From contig RDEW01000024.1 of NCBI GenBank assembly GCA_011109175.1, forward strand, positions 803,934-844,406: a stretch of DNA of 40,473 nt, given 5' to 3'. The notes beneath the pieces are model-generated. The model made no database searches. It worked only from the letters and a program-made list of their open reading frames with translations, and had not been told where the DNA came from. The position numbers were made by a program, and so were the translations under genes. This document shows, one piece after another, positions 12,322-25,108 of this stretch (the first letter of the stretch is position 1; each line of letters begins with the position of its first letter). The DNA is from Dicyema japonicum. Lineage: Eukaryota > Animalia > Dicyemida.

Positions 12322-12660
12322 AAAAATTATTTTTCTTTGTAACACGTTCAGTATCCTTCTACAAATACTGTTCCAAGCTCCTCCATTGCTAGATATTTCT
12401 CTTAATGGATCGAGGTCTTCCCCACTTCGACGACAGGTCGAAAGAGTAATCAGGCAGTATTTTCAATTTCCAATATTCCGTTGTCTTTTATTTTCGTTCA
12501 TGTAGACAACATGTGTTTCTTCTTGTATCGCTACATGTCTCGTGCGAAATTTTTTGATTCCTCTAGCATTAGGGTGCCAAGAAGAAACGGACTGGTAGAT
12601 ATAAAACGTGAAAAAGGATATTTGTGCACGAGAGGCACGTCACCACCTCAACCAAAAAAA
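12322..12660 (-). mobile_element. Internally deleted (bipartite) non-autonomous RTE derivative
   Basis: The 5' leader matches the intact element. A frameshifted APE N-terminus (LLGTL.ARG..SRDM.RY..CCLHE.KI) is joined within ~330 bp to the ORF C-terminus (EDLDPLREISSNGGAWNSICRRI; compare NDLDTLRELARSRGSWKRLIERM). Confidence 0.78.
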
Positions 12661-13604
12661 TACATGCTAGATATTGAAAATAGTAAAGTAGTGAAAAAGT
12701 TGAGACTGTTTTCTGAATAATCACAAGTCGTAATCTAATTGTAGAGCAGCGAAGACTAACAATTAATTTTGCCGAACCACGGGGCTTTCATACCGGAGAC
12801 ATCATCTGTCACTCCCTTACTCATGGAAGCTACGATTCGTAGTCGGGTACACGGATTCTCCCGGTCTGTGAAGAATATGGAAACCCGCTTTCCCTGTCTA
12901 TATCCAAGGCTAAAAAAAACCGATTGGTACAAAAGTTCTCTTCCCCAATCGGATACCTATTGAGAATGAGAGAAGATCCTTTAGAACGGTCTTCCCACAT
13001 CTAATGGGATGCCAGTTTCTATTTTACTAACAAGTCTTTCCAAAAATGAATGAGTTACTCGAGTTAGCCACAAAATGATTAGATTACGGAAAACATTTAC
13101 TGGGCAAGCCAGTTGTCTGATAAGGTTAAACTGGCGACGTCGCTCATGACCACGGAATAAAAAGTGCTCAATATAGTATATTCCAGGTTTTTAGGTTGAT
13201 TAATAAGAGAATTGATATAAGAAGAGGTTTGATCGTCTTGAAGTGACAGTTGGTGTTGATCTTTCCTTTTACTTAAGCACCCTGTTGTTAGTAGCTGAGT
13301 CTATGAAGAAGAGTACACTCTTCACCTTGGAATTAATATATAATAATGCAATAATTAATTAGTATTTTTTATTAAAAATGTTAATGTGACCTCTGACCTT
13401 TGTAAAAGTTTACCAGATGGTCTATATTTGGACCATCAGTTGCACAATATACTATAATTTCAAATGGTAAATTATGATTATTTAGGTATAATTCAAATTT
13501 GTGATCTCATCGGTCTATCGACATTATGATCTCGAATTTTCACTCCATCAGGACCTGATTCACTGTGTTGCAAGAGTGTCGACAGTATCTAACATTATAA
13601 TGTA

Positions 13605-13755
13605 AATGGCGGACGACCTAGACTACCTAAGAGAACTATCGCGCAACAGAGGATCATGGTCGAGGCTGACGGAGAAAATGATTAGGAATATGGCACAAGG
13701 GAAACTTAACTAATTTTATGTTTTCTCGGGCGTGCTTTTTAATAATAATAATTAT
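13605..13755 (+). mobile_element. RTE 3' fragment with conserved 3' UTR and (TAA)n tail
   Basis: ADDLDYLRELSRNRGSWSRLTEKMIRNMAQGKLN* followed by TTTTATGTTTTCTCGGGCGTGCTTTTTAATAATAATAA. Confidence 0.9.
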
Positions 13756-15670
13756 TATATTCTTTTACTTTTTAACGAAAGAGTTGCACGCTTTGTTATT
13801 TAAATTGTTTAAAATAAATTTATTTGTAAATATAATTTAAAAAAATCCGTAATTAAAATATTGTTGTGAAACACTGCCCTATAACATGGCTTTATTTATA
13901 GTGCTCGATTTGGGGACGTAATTGAATGGGTGAATTTGATCTTCGTTAAAGAGTTATAGATAGGATTAAAACTACAGGTTTTTTAATTGATTAATAAATA
14001 AGAGGGTTGTTAGAAGAACAGGACAGAAAAAGGTAGCTTAGTGGTTAGGATATCATTCCTTAACTTAATATGTGTTCGATGCTAGTTCGTATATGGCTTC
14101 TCTTTCTTTCTTTTTTTCCTTCCCCATTCCAATAGACGGCGTTTTGTGATTTACGTGTGATACGTTATGGCAGAATGTTAATTTGATAATAATTTTAATT
14201 TTTTGAAATCCCCTGACATTGACTGAGTATAAACTGTCTTCAGATCCCTTCTTTACGTGAAAGAGGTCATCGAATCTCATAAAAGGAACGGAAGTCACTT
14301 GTACGAAATGTCATGTGTCAATTATTTCACCTTAAGATAAGATGAGGTAAACGGACTGATAAATATGTCAGCACCCAAATCGAGATTTACCTTACCAGTC
14401 TATTTCGAAGATGTTCTGATCTGCTTGGATGTGACTTCAAAAGATCCCTCCTTCGTGGTTATCTAGTCAACTTTCATATAAAAGAAAATTGCTAACGGAG
14501 CACTTGAGATCATAGATGCTCCCCCAAAACACAAGAGCCTCGACAACCAACCTCTTCGAGTATCACACATTTTCTCGGAAATCCAAAAAAGACCGGCTTC
14601 ATATTGACTTTCTCGTTCCTTTGCTCAAAATCCAAAATTTTCTAGTTTGCTAGACTTTCCGAAAATCAACGATATTCTACCCTATTTACCCTACCATCAT
14701 GATTTTAAAAATTCATCGACATCTACACATTTTCCCTCTCTAACTCATTTCATCAGTTCTGGTATTTTACCTAAACCTAGATATCTTCAAATGTCGATAA
14801 CCACTAAGAACTCAAATTATTTCGATGTAAGCTTAGTTTCTTGGATAAGGGCCGTATCCACTCAATGACCCTGCAAAAAGTTACGATAATCAACAGTTTT
14901 CTGAAAAGTCCTTTTGTGTTCAACTGAGTATCTTCAACTTTCGCTGAATGACTTGGGTTCAGGGTTCGGTTCAACATCAATACACCTCATTTTAACTTCT
15001 ACGAACCAGGAAAGAACGTTGAATCTAAAGCGACTAACACAGAAATCCTCTTTAGTAAATTACAAAAATCTTGGAGTAATTTTGGATATACTAATTTTTT
15101 GGCACGATGATAAAAAGATAATAATAAGATCTCTTTGACGGGAGCCATGATACTTATTAGCCTTTTTAACTAACGTAACGTCTGATGACATCAGATCTTA
15201 CATTTGTAGGTTCAAATCCGAACTATGGACTTTTCACCAAAGGTCTGGTCAAACAGATCCAACCCATTAGGAAACGAGCTTTTCGGGCACGATACAGTTA
15301 TAGGAAGGGATTTTCACATCCGATTTAGCCGAATCTTGTCGTCCCCCATCTAATGTGATGCTCAGAACTACCACATGTTAGTTGAAACACTTTGCGATNA
15401 ACGTCTGATGACATCAGATCTTACATTTGTAGGTTCAAATCCGAACTATGGACTTTTCACCAAAGGTCTGGTCAAACAGATCCAACCCATTAGGGGACGA
15501 GCTTTTCGGGCACGATACAGTTATAGGAAGGGATTTTCACGTCCGATTTAGCCGAATCTTGTCGTCCCCCATCTAATGTGATGCTCAGAACTATTACATG
15601 TTAGTTGAAACACTTTGCGATTAAATAATTTTTTTGTTAGCTATATTCCAACCATTATTAGATTTTCTAA

Positions 15671-15877
15671 TACGAAGTGTTGTTTGACCTGTTCACGATC
15701 CAGCCCCTCGTAGTTGGAACAACAGGAGGGATAAGCGGGAAATAGCTTCGTTTCGTCAGGATGCTTGGACTTCTGGCTACACTCAAAAGCCACACGTGAA
15801 ACTCAGTGGCTTCTCAAGTTGATCTCCGCTGCAATCGTAAGAGACAACGCAACGTCGATTATAAAGACGATTTTTGA
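15671..15877 (+). mobile_element. CRE-type REL endonuclease 3' fragment
   Basis: YEVLFDLFTIQPLVVGTTGGISGK*LRFVRMLGLLATLKSH/ETQWLLKLISAAIVRDNATSII, closely related to the copy at 36743-37241. Confidence 0.85.
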
Positions 15878-17259
15878 TTAATTTTTGTTTCTCTGATGAG
15901 ATTTAATAAAGTTAATAAATGAAGTGTAACAACATACAGAAAATTAATAATTTCAAATTTCTCTCACTAAAAATAACTTTGAAATAGCCAGTCACCCAGT
16001 GACGTCATCATTATTGATTAATAACTTCGTAATCAGATTGTCTCAGGGACTTAGACGCAAGAAAAATGAAAAAAAGTTAAAAACATATTCTATGTCTTGG
16101 CGTAGAATAACTATTTTTTACTTCCTAAATAAAGTAAGAGTTCTGCCTAAACTGAGATGAATAATAGAAACATTACTTGTCGACGNCATCATTATTGATT
16201 AATCACTGCGGAATCAGATTGTCTCATGGACTTAGAAGCAAGAAAAATAAAAAAAGTTAAAAACACATTCTATGTCTTGGCGTAGAATAATTATTCTTTA
16301 CTTCCTAAATAAAGTAAGAGTTCTGCCTAAACTGAGATGAATAATAGAAACATTACTTGTCGACGGCGGAGGGGGTGAATCATTATTAATATAGCCAGTC
16401 CGCTATGTAAGCTTAACTGACCACTATTTACCTCATTTTAGTGTGCTTAGTTAAACAAATAATACTTAAATTAAAAAAACATTGTAAATATAGGGTTTCC
16501 CAGTCAATATCAGAAATTATCCCTAAATAATGGGAAGTTTTATCGCTAGTAATCTGTTCACTGAATAAATGTTTCTCAACGAGGGGCGATTTTTGAATCT
16601 AAATTTTTTTTAATTATGATATATTATAATTAAATTTATTTTAAATATATAAAAAATAGCATGCAACTTTTTGATGGGACTTGTTAGAAATTTTTTTATT
16701 TAAACACAAGACCACCAAGAAAGAAAGGTTAAACTAACAAATTAGATGATCCCATTTTCCAAAATGTCCCGGAATCTACTTGAATGTCCGCCAGTGACCT
16801 GACTTCCTTCCGGAAGTGCTTCTTTGTGTTTGCAGAGGAATTCTATCGGAGTACACTTTTTAAATGGTCGATTGAGTTCCCTCTTCATTGGCCATCCATC
16901 CTCGGAATGGGTTTTCTAGCTCCTTGTTGGAACCTCTGCTAATTTCTAAAATTCGCCTCCTCCGGTGAAGACTGGGGATGGATATAGTGTCAGATTGATT
17001 AGATAGTCGAATGTTACTCTAAGGATCATCTGGATTCGCGTAGAAGGAATAGGAATGTCTCCAAAGAATACCTTGAGTCCACCTACAAATCCAAAATCTC
17101 CCTTAAAAGCATTGTGTTTGTAATGTGGTCTGAATTTTTCTCAAACAATCCTCAATTATTTTTTGTAAAAAACAAAATTTTGTTACAATTTGATGAGTAA
17201 GAATGAGGAGTCACTATTTTTTAAATATTAATAATAAGTCGTATCTAAATACTATGCCA

Positions 17260-18131
17260 TTCTCAATTTTAGTGTCTTGTGCAACTGATGGCCCAATGTT
17301 CATTGTCGACAAATATCTGATCAGTTTCCACCGTTCAGGAGACTCGGCATTTGGACTCCCAGGATGGGCTTCTAAGGAATACATGAAATAATGAATATGG
17401 CGATGTCACATCACACGAGACCTTCCGGAAAGTGGTCTTTCATCAGGTCTCATAGTTTATCATCCCCAAAGAGAACAACCAGAAAGGTCAATCCGACATG
17501 TGGGTCAACACGTGTTCAGGCATAAATTCTCAATAAGCAAGAACAATTTATTTTTTACAAATGGAAAGGTCGCTTATTTTTCCTCACAAAAAACCGCACT
17601 CCCCATGATAATTCCCCAATATGGTAGAGTAATGGTAATCCTGACTTTTCGCGGAATTAGCCAAGTTCGACTAGAGATTATAAAATCACAATCTGGAAGA
17701 TGTGAAATACCTCTGATTCCATTTAAAGGCAGGAGGATACATCTGTCATACACTGAGGTGGAGGATTCTTATCCCATAGTAAAATCAAGTCAAAAATATT
17801 GTTCAAATTAGATAAAATTTCAAATCCAAGTGGTTAGTGAAAAACTAGATCGTCTTAACATACATTAATTACTATCCTCAAGGAATTCAAGCTCCTCATA
17901 AACAGAAATTGTGGTCAAACTTTCTTGATCATCTTGGATTTGAGGTACTCTGCCATTAAGGTTAGATGGAACTATCTCATGTTGGAAATGACTGCTCAGA
18001 CTGTCCTCATTCATTTGATTACTATAAGAGTTACTCGGTTGAATAATATTCGAAATTTCGATTTCCTGCAGATCCCCGTTGGATGACTCTTCTTCATATG
18101 AATTGTCGATGTGATTGTTTAAATAGTTCAT
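17260..18131 (-). pseudogene. Possible decayed gene: acidic low-complexity first exon followed by a RING-finger-like remnant
   Basis: An 88-aa Asn/Ser/Glu-rich ORF (17865-18131) ends at a candidate donor. Downstream NTC*PTCRIDL resembles the RING C-terminal CPxCR. The exon structure is not resolved. Confidence 0.3.
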
Positions 18132-18799
18132 TTATTGGTTACGTTAATTTCAGTTACAACACTTTTATTTAAATTTAAAAAATTATTATTTTTAATTAAA
18201 TTTATAATTAATTAAATTTTACATAATAATTTTACGTTAATTAAAAATATAGAACTTTTGACTTCTTTTATTCGTCGAACCGTAATGTCTCATCTCCTCG
18301 GGGTGAATGTAAATAAAATAAAAAACAGGAGCTATTTCGAAAATCCGGTAATTAGTGATTTCGTCTTCCACTATTATATCTGGAGGTCATCATTTTTTTA
18401 GTCGAAAATTAACTCTCCAAGCTTTGAAATGCTTATATCCAAGTGATACTACACGTGGAAAATTTAGTTTGAAATGTTTCTAGGTTAATCAATTTTTTAT
18501 TTTTCTCTTTAAAATTTTACTCTTTGGATGTAAGAGAACTTTGTTATCCGTATACTCTGATTAAAAAATTTTGGTGGTTCTCGTTCCTTAGCCGCTAAAA
18601 TTTGGTAGTAGCTTTATAAGGGAAATAAGTCGCTTCAAATGTAGGGGGTTTCCACACAAGGTGACCTGCGTGAAACTCTGTGAGCATCCGCATTTGGAAA
18701 TTATTTTCCTTTAGCTATCGGTTCACTCCGTTTGAAAGGAACGAAGGGAAATAAATAATTGTGCAAGTAACCAGAAACTTAGCGAGGTCGAAGTAGAAT

Positions 18800-18985
18800 C
18801 CAGTCCCGTCCAAAGGACATGACCGTCGTCAACGACAATTCCCCAGCACAATAAACTACTAATGTCTTTTTTCATTTTTATAAAAATAGGCTTCCAGTCC
18901 CGTCCAAAGGACATGACCGTCGTCAACGACAATTCCCCAGCACAATAAACTACTAATCTCTTTTTTCATTTTTATAAAAATAGGT
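18800..18985. repeat. Tandem duplication, unit ~94 bp
   Basis: ccagtcccgtccaaaggacatgaccgtcgtcaacgacaattccccagcac at 18800 and 18894. Confidence 0.9.
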
Positions 18986-19898
18986 TTAGTGATAATTAGG
19001 ACGATTTTTGACTTTAAATTAGAATTTGACACAAAAATTGGTTTTAAAATTCTGACTATTTTTGAGATTCCCGGTTTCTGCTAACAGTTTTTTTCAATAA
19101 AATGCTTGATGCATTACACTTTTTGGAACGGGGATGTGGCATTTTCGTTTTTCTAGCGGAAAAACTTATTTGGACTATGTCAGGGAATCTCCCCATTAAA
19201 TTCGTCAAAAGTATTATTACTATTTTCGAAACGTAATTAAAAGAGAGTTNATAAACCTTACTGGTGGCCCTTGTCGGTCTGAAAACAACTAATTTTTTCA
19301 GAACTTTTATTTCATTTTCTTTGACACAGTGATTTGTGATCATGATGTTTTTTTTTTATTTTGCTAAGATGGATGGAAAGTTGATCTTGCTTTATAGCAT
19401 TGATTTTTATACTTTTTGTTTGTTAAATAGCTCATTTGATAGAGTGTTCAAAAGATTCACTTTTTCTATTCCTGTAGAGTAATTATCACAGTAATAAATT
19501 TGGATGTGATACTTGAAGGGATGGTTCTCACTCCTACCATGGGAAATAGATATACCTTAATTACACTGACTTCACCTTTTATAAAACTCCTTGACTCTTT
19601 ATTAATAAATTGTTATTATTGTTGTTTTAATTAACTTATAATCTCTTCCCGGTACATTCATATTTATTATGTAGCGAGCGCTGAAAGTGATGACACGTTA
19701 TTTAACAGGTGTCAACATCTGTCGTGTTTAATTATTATTATTATTTCGTGTTTAATAAAAATTAATCAATACTTAAGATAGGAATAATTTTGATCATTTT
19801 TATATAAAATCATTTTTTTATTGATAAAGAATAATATTAAGTAATAATAATTATTATTATCACGTCAACCGCGACATGTGGAGCTATGTGGTTAGTAT

Positions 19899-20015
19899 GT
19901 CAAAAATTATTTTCCTTCCCTTTGATGGCGTCATTGGATCCACCTGAGTGAGGAGACGCCTAATGCCGCCCGGCATCAAGAGAATCCACTATTCTTTACC
20001 CGGGAACAATGTCGT
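19899..20015. repeat. Dispersed ~115 bp repeat, inverted relative to 29152-29266
   Basis: gtcaaaa(a)ttattttccttcc..tgatggcg..tggatccacct..cggcatcaagag.atcca.. is shared between the two sites. Confidence 0.8.
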
Positions 20016-20699
20016 TACCAGGAGACAAGTTCTGGAACGCTGGAACGAGTCAGGATCAAGGAGTTATTTTCTGATTTATACTTAAAATAGCCATTTCTCT
20101 ACTTTCTAGTAATAATTTACTTTTAGTGGTGACACAGAACGCACACCCATTTAAACACAGACCGGACTGTTGTTAAGNACAAATTCTCATTTGATTGCTG
20201 GAACTGGGATTACATAACCGTCTGACGTTTTTTCTACTTTTCTTTCTCGGTAATCCAGGGGTTCTAAATAAATAAAGAACATTGAAATGCCATATTTCAC
20301 CATGGTTGATTATCTTCCTTTAACTAGATTTTATTTATGATTCCACCGGCGGAAGGAATTGCAAATTTTGTGGAAAAGGTCGAGTACCCCATCTTTGCAC
20401 TTGCAGCACTATGGTTGGAACCAAATCCGTATAAATGTGAAATCATTAGCTTTGCTTTGTAGAGGACAACTTTGACCATGTAGAGATTTCTACTTATCTC
20501 GGTCACTCGACTCAAAAACGCAATTTTCTCGGCTCTCCTCTATATGGAAGTTATATGTCAAAAAATGCATCTGGTTCAATTTTCAGACAAAGGTGTTGTC
20601 TCGTTTATTTTAGATTGACAATACGATAACAGCTGGATGAGCATTCTGCGCAATTTTGGTGTAGATTGTGTTTGGATTGATTTTCCCGATCTCTGACGT

Positions 20700-21322
20700 G
20701 ACTGTGCTACATAAGATTTACTCATGTCTGTGTGCCTTGATATTCTGTTGGGTTTCTATGAGAACCATCCGAAGACAAGGAGATAATAAAATACTAATCC
20801 GTCTCCTCCTCCAATAGACGATCTGATATTCTCTTTGAGGGGACATCCGGGTAATCCCGACTCGTCTCTCTCTACAGACGCACGTATGTAAACTGGATGA
20901 TGTAAAAGATGTCCTCTGTCCCCTTATGCATGTCAAAAGTCACCCCAAGGATCCTTTGGGATTTTATGAAAGGAATAGCTTCATTGTTTGCCTTCAGTTC
21001 GACCGTCTGTCTTCCCAGTCTCTATCTGAGGTAAGTAGGGTTGTGACGGACAATTCACTGCTAGTAGTTAGGCGATTCGTCGTTAGGTGATTTGTCAAGA
21101 CGGTCCAGATTTTCTGTCAATCACGAAGTGGAAATCTGGATGTCCTGATCGCGTGACGCAATGACGATGTCGTCGGCATAAGTTAGAATAATATCATTTT
21201 CGGAGTCTTAGGTGGGGAGGTCCGCCATGAATAGGTTGCATAAAACTGGAGACAAAGAGGATTTTTGGGGAACCCCATTAGGGAGAAGCCGTGAAATAGG
21301 CCAATGATTTTTGACATCTCAA
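20700..21322 (-). mobile_element. LINE RT fragment (same group as 7930-9011 and 27640-28135)
   Basis: PISRLLPNGVPQKSSLSPVLCNLFMADLPT*DSENDIILTYADDIVIASRDQDIQ, followed by AIPFIKSQRILGVTFD. Confidence 0.85.
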
Positions 21323-22111
21323 CAGCACTTGTCCGTCAACGAGCGACCATTCTCTTCTATAAAATTATCCTCTCAGCTGAATGTTGACCATCAAAAAATA
21401 GTTGGAGCCATCCAAACCATGTCCTCAATAGACTCGCAGGTTTGTTTATATTCTTAAAAAGATTATAATTTTTTAATTAAAATCAGACACAGAAATCAAG
21501 CTCGCCGACCATGGTCTCAAGACCATCAATGAAGGTACGATTGAAGAAGTGTATTTTCACTTTTGAAATGCCAGACCAAAAAAATGATGGAACTAATTGA
21601 GGTAGTCTTAGTTTTTCACTAAGAACGCTTTTTCGAACGTCATGCTTGGTTTAAACAACATCATTTCCCTTGGATGGATGAACGTTGAGGAATGTGACAA
21701 GGACACGTGTTTCCTAACAAATGGTGATAAAATTGAGGCCACTACAGTCGCTCTTCTACGAGACATTAAATCATCTAAGAACTCTCTCGACGCCTCCGTT
21801 CTTCTGATTAAACGGAAGCTTGCCACTCAAAAGCAAGTCTTAAACTAATATGTAGTAAAGTGAGTTATTTTTCTTGACACGTGGAGCAGCATTTTAAACG
21901 TGTGTGTCAAAGGAGGAGACTGATTTGACGACTGCTATCGTCCGGGTGAGCCAATAGGTTATTATGAAGTATCAGTCGGACTGGCACCACAAGATGTGAA
22001 GAACATTTTAAGGAATCACACGACTGCGACAACTAACAAGATGTTGTATAAGCTGTCCCAGAAGGAGTTTAAACCTATGAAGTATTTTTTGATCGACCAC
22101 TTTTTAAGCTA
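21323..22111 (+). pseudogene. FARSA: Phenylalanyl-tRNA synthetase alpha subunit pseudogene (5'-truncated, internally deleted, with stops and frameshifts)
   Basis: QHLSVNERPFSSIKLSSQLNVDHQKIVGAIQTM, IKLADHGLKTINEGTIE, MLGLNNIISLGWMNVEE, LIKRKLATQ and [10 protein letters not shown] resemble the eukaryotic FARSA N-terminus. These are followed directly by [35 protein letters not shown], matching FARSA [37 protein letters not shown]. Introns at 21440-21461 (22 nt), 21602-21623 (22 nt) and 21833-21855 (23 nt, GC-AG). Confidence 0.88.
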
Positions 22112-22857
22112 GGAAATATCGTCTAAAGAGGATGCTCAAAGAGATGTGAACAATTTGAAAAAAAATTCTACACGAAAATTTCACACAAGGAGCACAAGAA
22201 GTCAAATAAAATATATCACGCAGAAAAATGAAGAAAGTATAAATCCCCTCTTCTTTCATGAAAGCGATGTTAGGGATACACTACATTCCGCAAACACCAC
22301 ACTCTCACGGTTATTCTATTAAAAATCTTGCATACCCCATGTTGGAATCACTGGTGTAGAGGATTGTCCTAAAAGTTGGTTTCATCACCAGACGAATTAA
22401 ATTGAGACTGAAAACTCTACTAAATTAAGTTGGCATAAATTTTAAAACAATCTTATTAAATAGAGCAGCGATTTTTTTCGTATTGTCAAGAGTGTTCGTC
22501 GAAAAATTTAACAGATCGCTAAAGACAATGTAATTTGAAACTGTTGGACCAAATTGATAAATCCTCAGATTGAGATATTTTTATGTTAAAAGTGAAATTA
22601 TGAGTGACAAAATAATTATTAAAACCATTTAATCCCTTAAAAACGAAAAGTTAACTAATCAAACGATCAAATTATTCGATTATAGGATAAATTGGACTGA
22701 AAGGAAATCCACAGTTATATTTCCCACGTGACAGTTTGAAGTATCCAAATATACCCCATGCTTTTCCCCATCCATTTTTGATAAACCAATACTTTTAACC
22801 TTTCATAATTCCATAACCAACGACAGAAATTACATGATTATATTTCAAGTTATAACA

Positions 22858-23240
22858 ATTCAAAAAAATGGACTACATAACTTTGTTTAAATACATTACT
22901 TCCCTCATCTTCAAAAACACCCAAATATCGATTTTATTGACTCCTTCCAGAGTTCACAACATGAGAACGATTTAGCATTAGAGACTGACTTTTCAGAGTT
23001 CATTTCCAAGCAGGCAACATAAAAGAAATAGCGAACAACTTTCATCATTTCAATAAAAGTGAAATTTAACTGAATGTAATATTCCTAGTTGTTGGTTATA
23101 AAGTCCGAGATTTGTCCCGGCAACTATCGGAAGAAGGTTTCTTCAAAAGCGATCTTTTTGACAATATATACAATTTTGTTTTTTAATAAATCAAAGTTAT
23201 TTCTTTCTTAAAAGTAAATTTCTTTACTATGCACGTGTTA
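22858..23240. repeat. Diverged ~390 bp segmental duplicate of 28757-29149
   Basis: Colinear match from ttcaaaaaaatggactacataactttgttt to atgcacgtg, with scattered substitutions and indels. Confidence 0.9.
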
Positions 23241-24923
23241 GACGATATTGCATAAAATGCTGGAAGCGCTTAATAAGAACTTTGCACAATTGACTCAAGT
23301 TCCGTTATAATGCGATCTATAATGACTGGATCAGTGAAGATAGCTGTAATGTTCGCGGTCCGCTCATCTAAAGTAAGCGGTGAGCAAACAGTTAGTCAAA
23401 AACGATAGGGAGGCTATAATACCGACTTCATTCCTTTCGAAGAGTCAGATGGAATAGTGTTCGTCTACAAATCGGTGCCAAATCCAAATAATCCACATCA
23501 AACAGAGGGGACACGAAATATTTCCTATCTTTGTCATAAGGACAGAAAGTGTACCTTGATCACTTTCATAACAGTTTCCAACTGATTCTGAGTCAGGCCC
23601 CCACCAGTTGGGTTGTCACTACAAACCTGGAATAAATTTGTGTTCTTTTCGCGCGATTTCTGAGGATAAGTTAAAGTCATACTTGTATGTCTCAGAATAA
23701 ACTCTCAAATTCAATTTTTTTGCATTTTCAAGTAATAATAATTGTTTCTTTGGCTAAGTGCTTCATTCTCCTATTGCTTGAAAGGCAATGACCGCGAATT
23801 ATAATAATCGAGTACTCTCTTTTCTTTATGGCTGTCCTTCTCCAACAACAGTTCACAGGCTAGATCCCTAAATCTTTCCAAACTCCCAATCCGAAAATAT
23901 CCGATTGTAATTCTTTGAATATATGACCTATTTTCACTAAAAATTTTTTTTATTTTTTATTACATTGAATTAGGAATTATAAACATCGATTTGATCCCCC
24001 AATTAAACTCTAAATTCAAATTTCTGAATTTCCAAGTTTAATTATTGTATCTTTGGATTTCCATTTTATGGACCAAAACAAGTACTGATGTTGACAGAAT
24101 ACCTTAATTGCCCTATATACAGGGTAACTCCTCTGCAATGGTGAGACACTATTTACTTGCCTTCTGACGTCCTTGTCAACTCCTCCTTCACGATTGTCGA
24201 AGATCATCGCAAAGTTCGGCTTCAAAAGAGAGGTTGAAGAAGTAGATTTACACTCTTCAAATTTCATCACATCATACGTCGCGGATATTCAGTGGAAAAG
24301 TTTTCATACTGTAATCTTTAGCATGGATTTGGTCAGAGAGATGGTAGGAAGATCCCATTCGCGTACTGTATATTGCCATAAGGACTTGTAGTCTCACGGG
24401 TGGGATCTGTTTACGAGAATTGAAAAATCCATCATCGCATTCGAACACACGACTAATATGGTGTCAAGTTCAGGTAGGAGGCTAATGATGATTATTACTT
24501 AACATCCCAAGACCACGGTAAAACCAAACTTATTATCACGTGATCCCGATTCGTTCCATCAGTGATCATATCATTGCCCGATGTTCCTCCCTTGTGCCCG
24601 CGCAGGTCGTACACGTCGGCTTGGGATCTTCCATTTCAGGATTTTACATTTTGGATGTTTGGTACTTTGTCTTTTCATCGCCAACTAATTTGAGTCTGTT
24701 AGCTATTCTGTGGACATGATCGCCCACAGGTATTCCTTCTGACCTGTTCCATGTTATATTTTCATCACCAGATCTGCAATTTTGGTCCCCATACCTTCGG
24801 TTATAAGTTTACTCACCAGGAAGTTCACTGACCGTACTGAGGATATCTCCATTCAGTTCAGTAATAATAATTGAAATTTTTTAAGGATGTATTAAGTTTT
24901 TTTTTTAAATTAAGAAAATAACT

Positions 24924-25108
24924 GGGTGGCATAGTGGTAAGTTTTCGGCTTAAGTGGCTTAGTCTACGGGTTCGAATCTCGCTGCTTTTCACCTGGTGCA
25001 ATGTCCCACGCATCTACGATGCTAAAAGGCTTGACGAGTGATGCCAGTGGACTCTCACTGCGGAACTAGATTGTCTAGAAAGGACACTCACACAAGAAAA
25101 AAAAAGAA
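24924..25108 (+). mobile_element. tRNA-derived SINE-like element
   Basis: Pol III A-box TGGCATAGTGG (~24927) and B-box GGTTCGAATC (~24969), no proper anticodon or acceptor stems, a unique body and an A-rich tail at 25094-25108. Confidence 0.65.

Noticed and set aside
14330-14640. Retroviral-type protease motif (VNLDLGADIFI, minus strand)
   Set aside because: A single imperfect motif (DLG rather than D[ST]G) with no supporting gag/pol context.
7395-16365. Tandem duplications centred on single N characters (N at 7633, 8288, 8817, 15399, 16186)
   Set aside because: Near-identical sequence on both sides of a lone N, with a few SNPs, is the signature of unmerged overlapping contigs or haplotypes, not biological repeats.
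24480-24800. R4/Dong-type REL region (HVHRIANRLKLVGDEKTKY..MITDGTNRDHVII)
   Set aside because: The resemblance is too weak and needs several frameshifts, and no KY motif follows.
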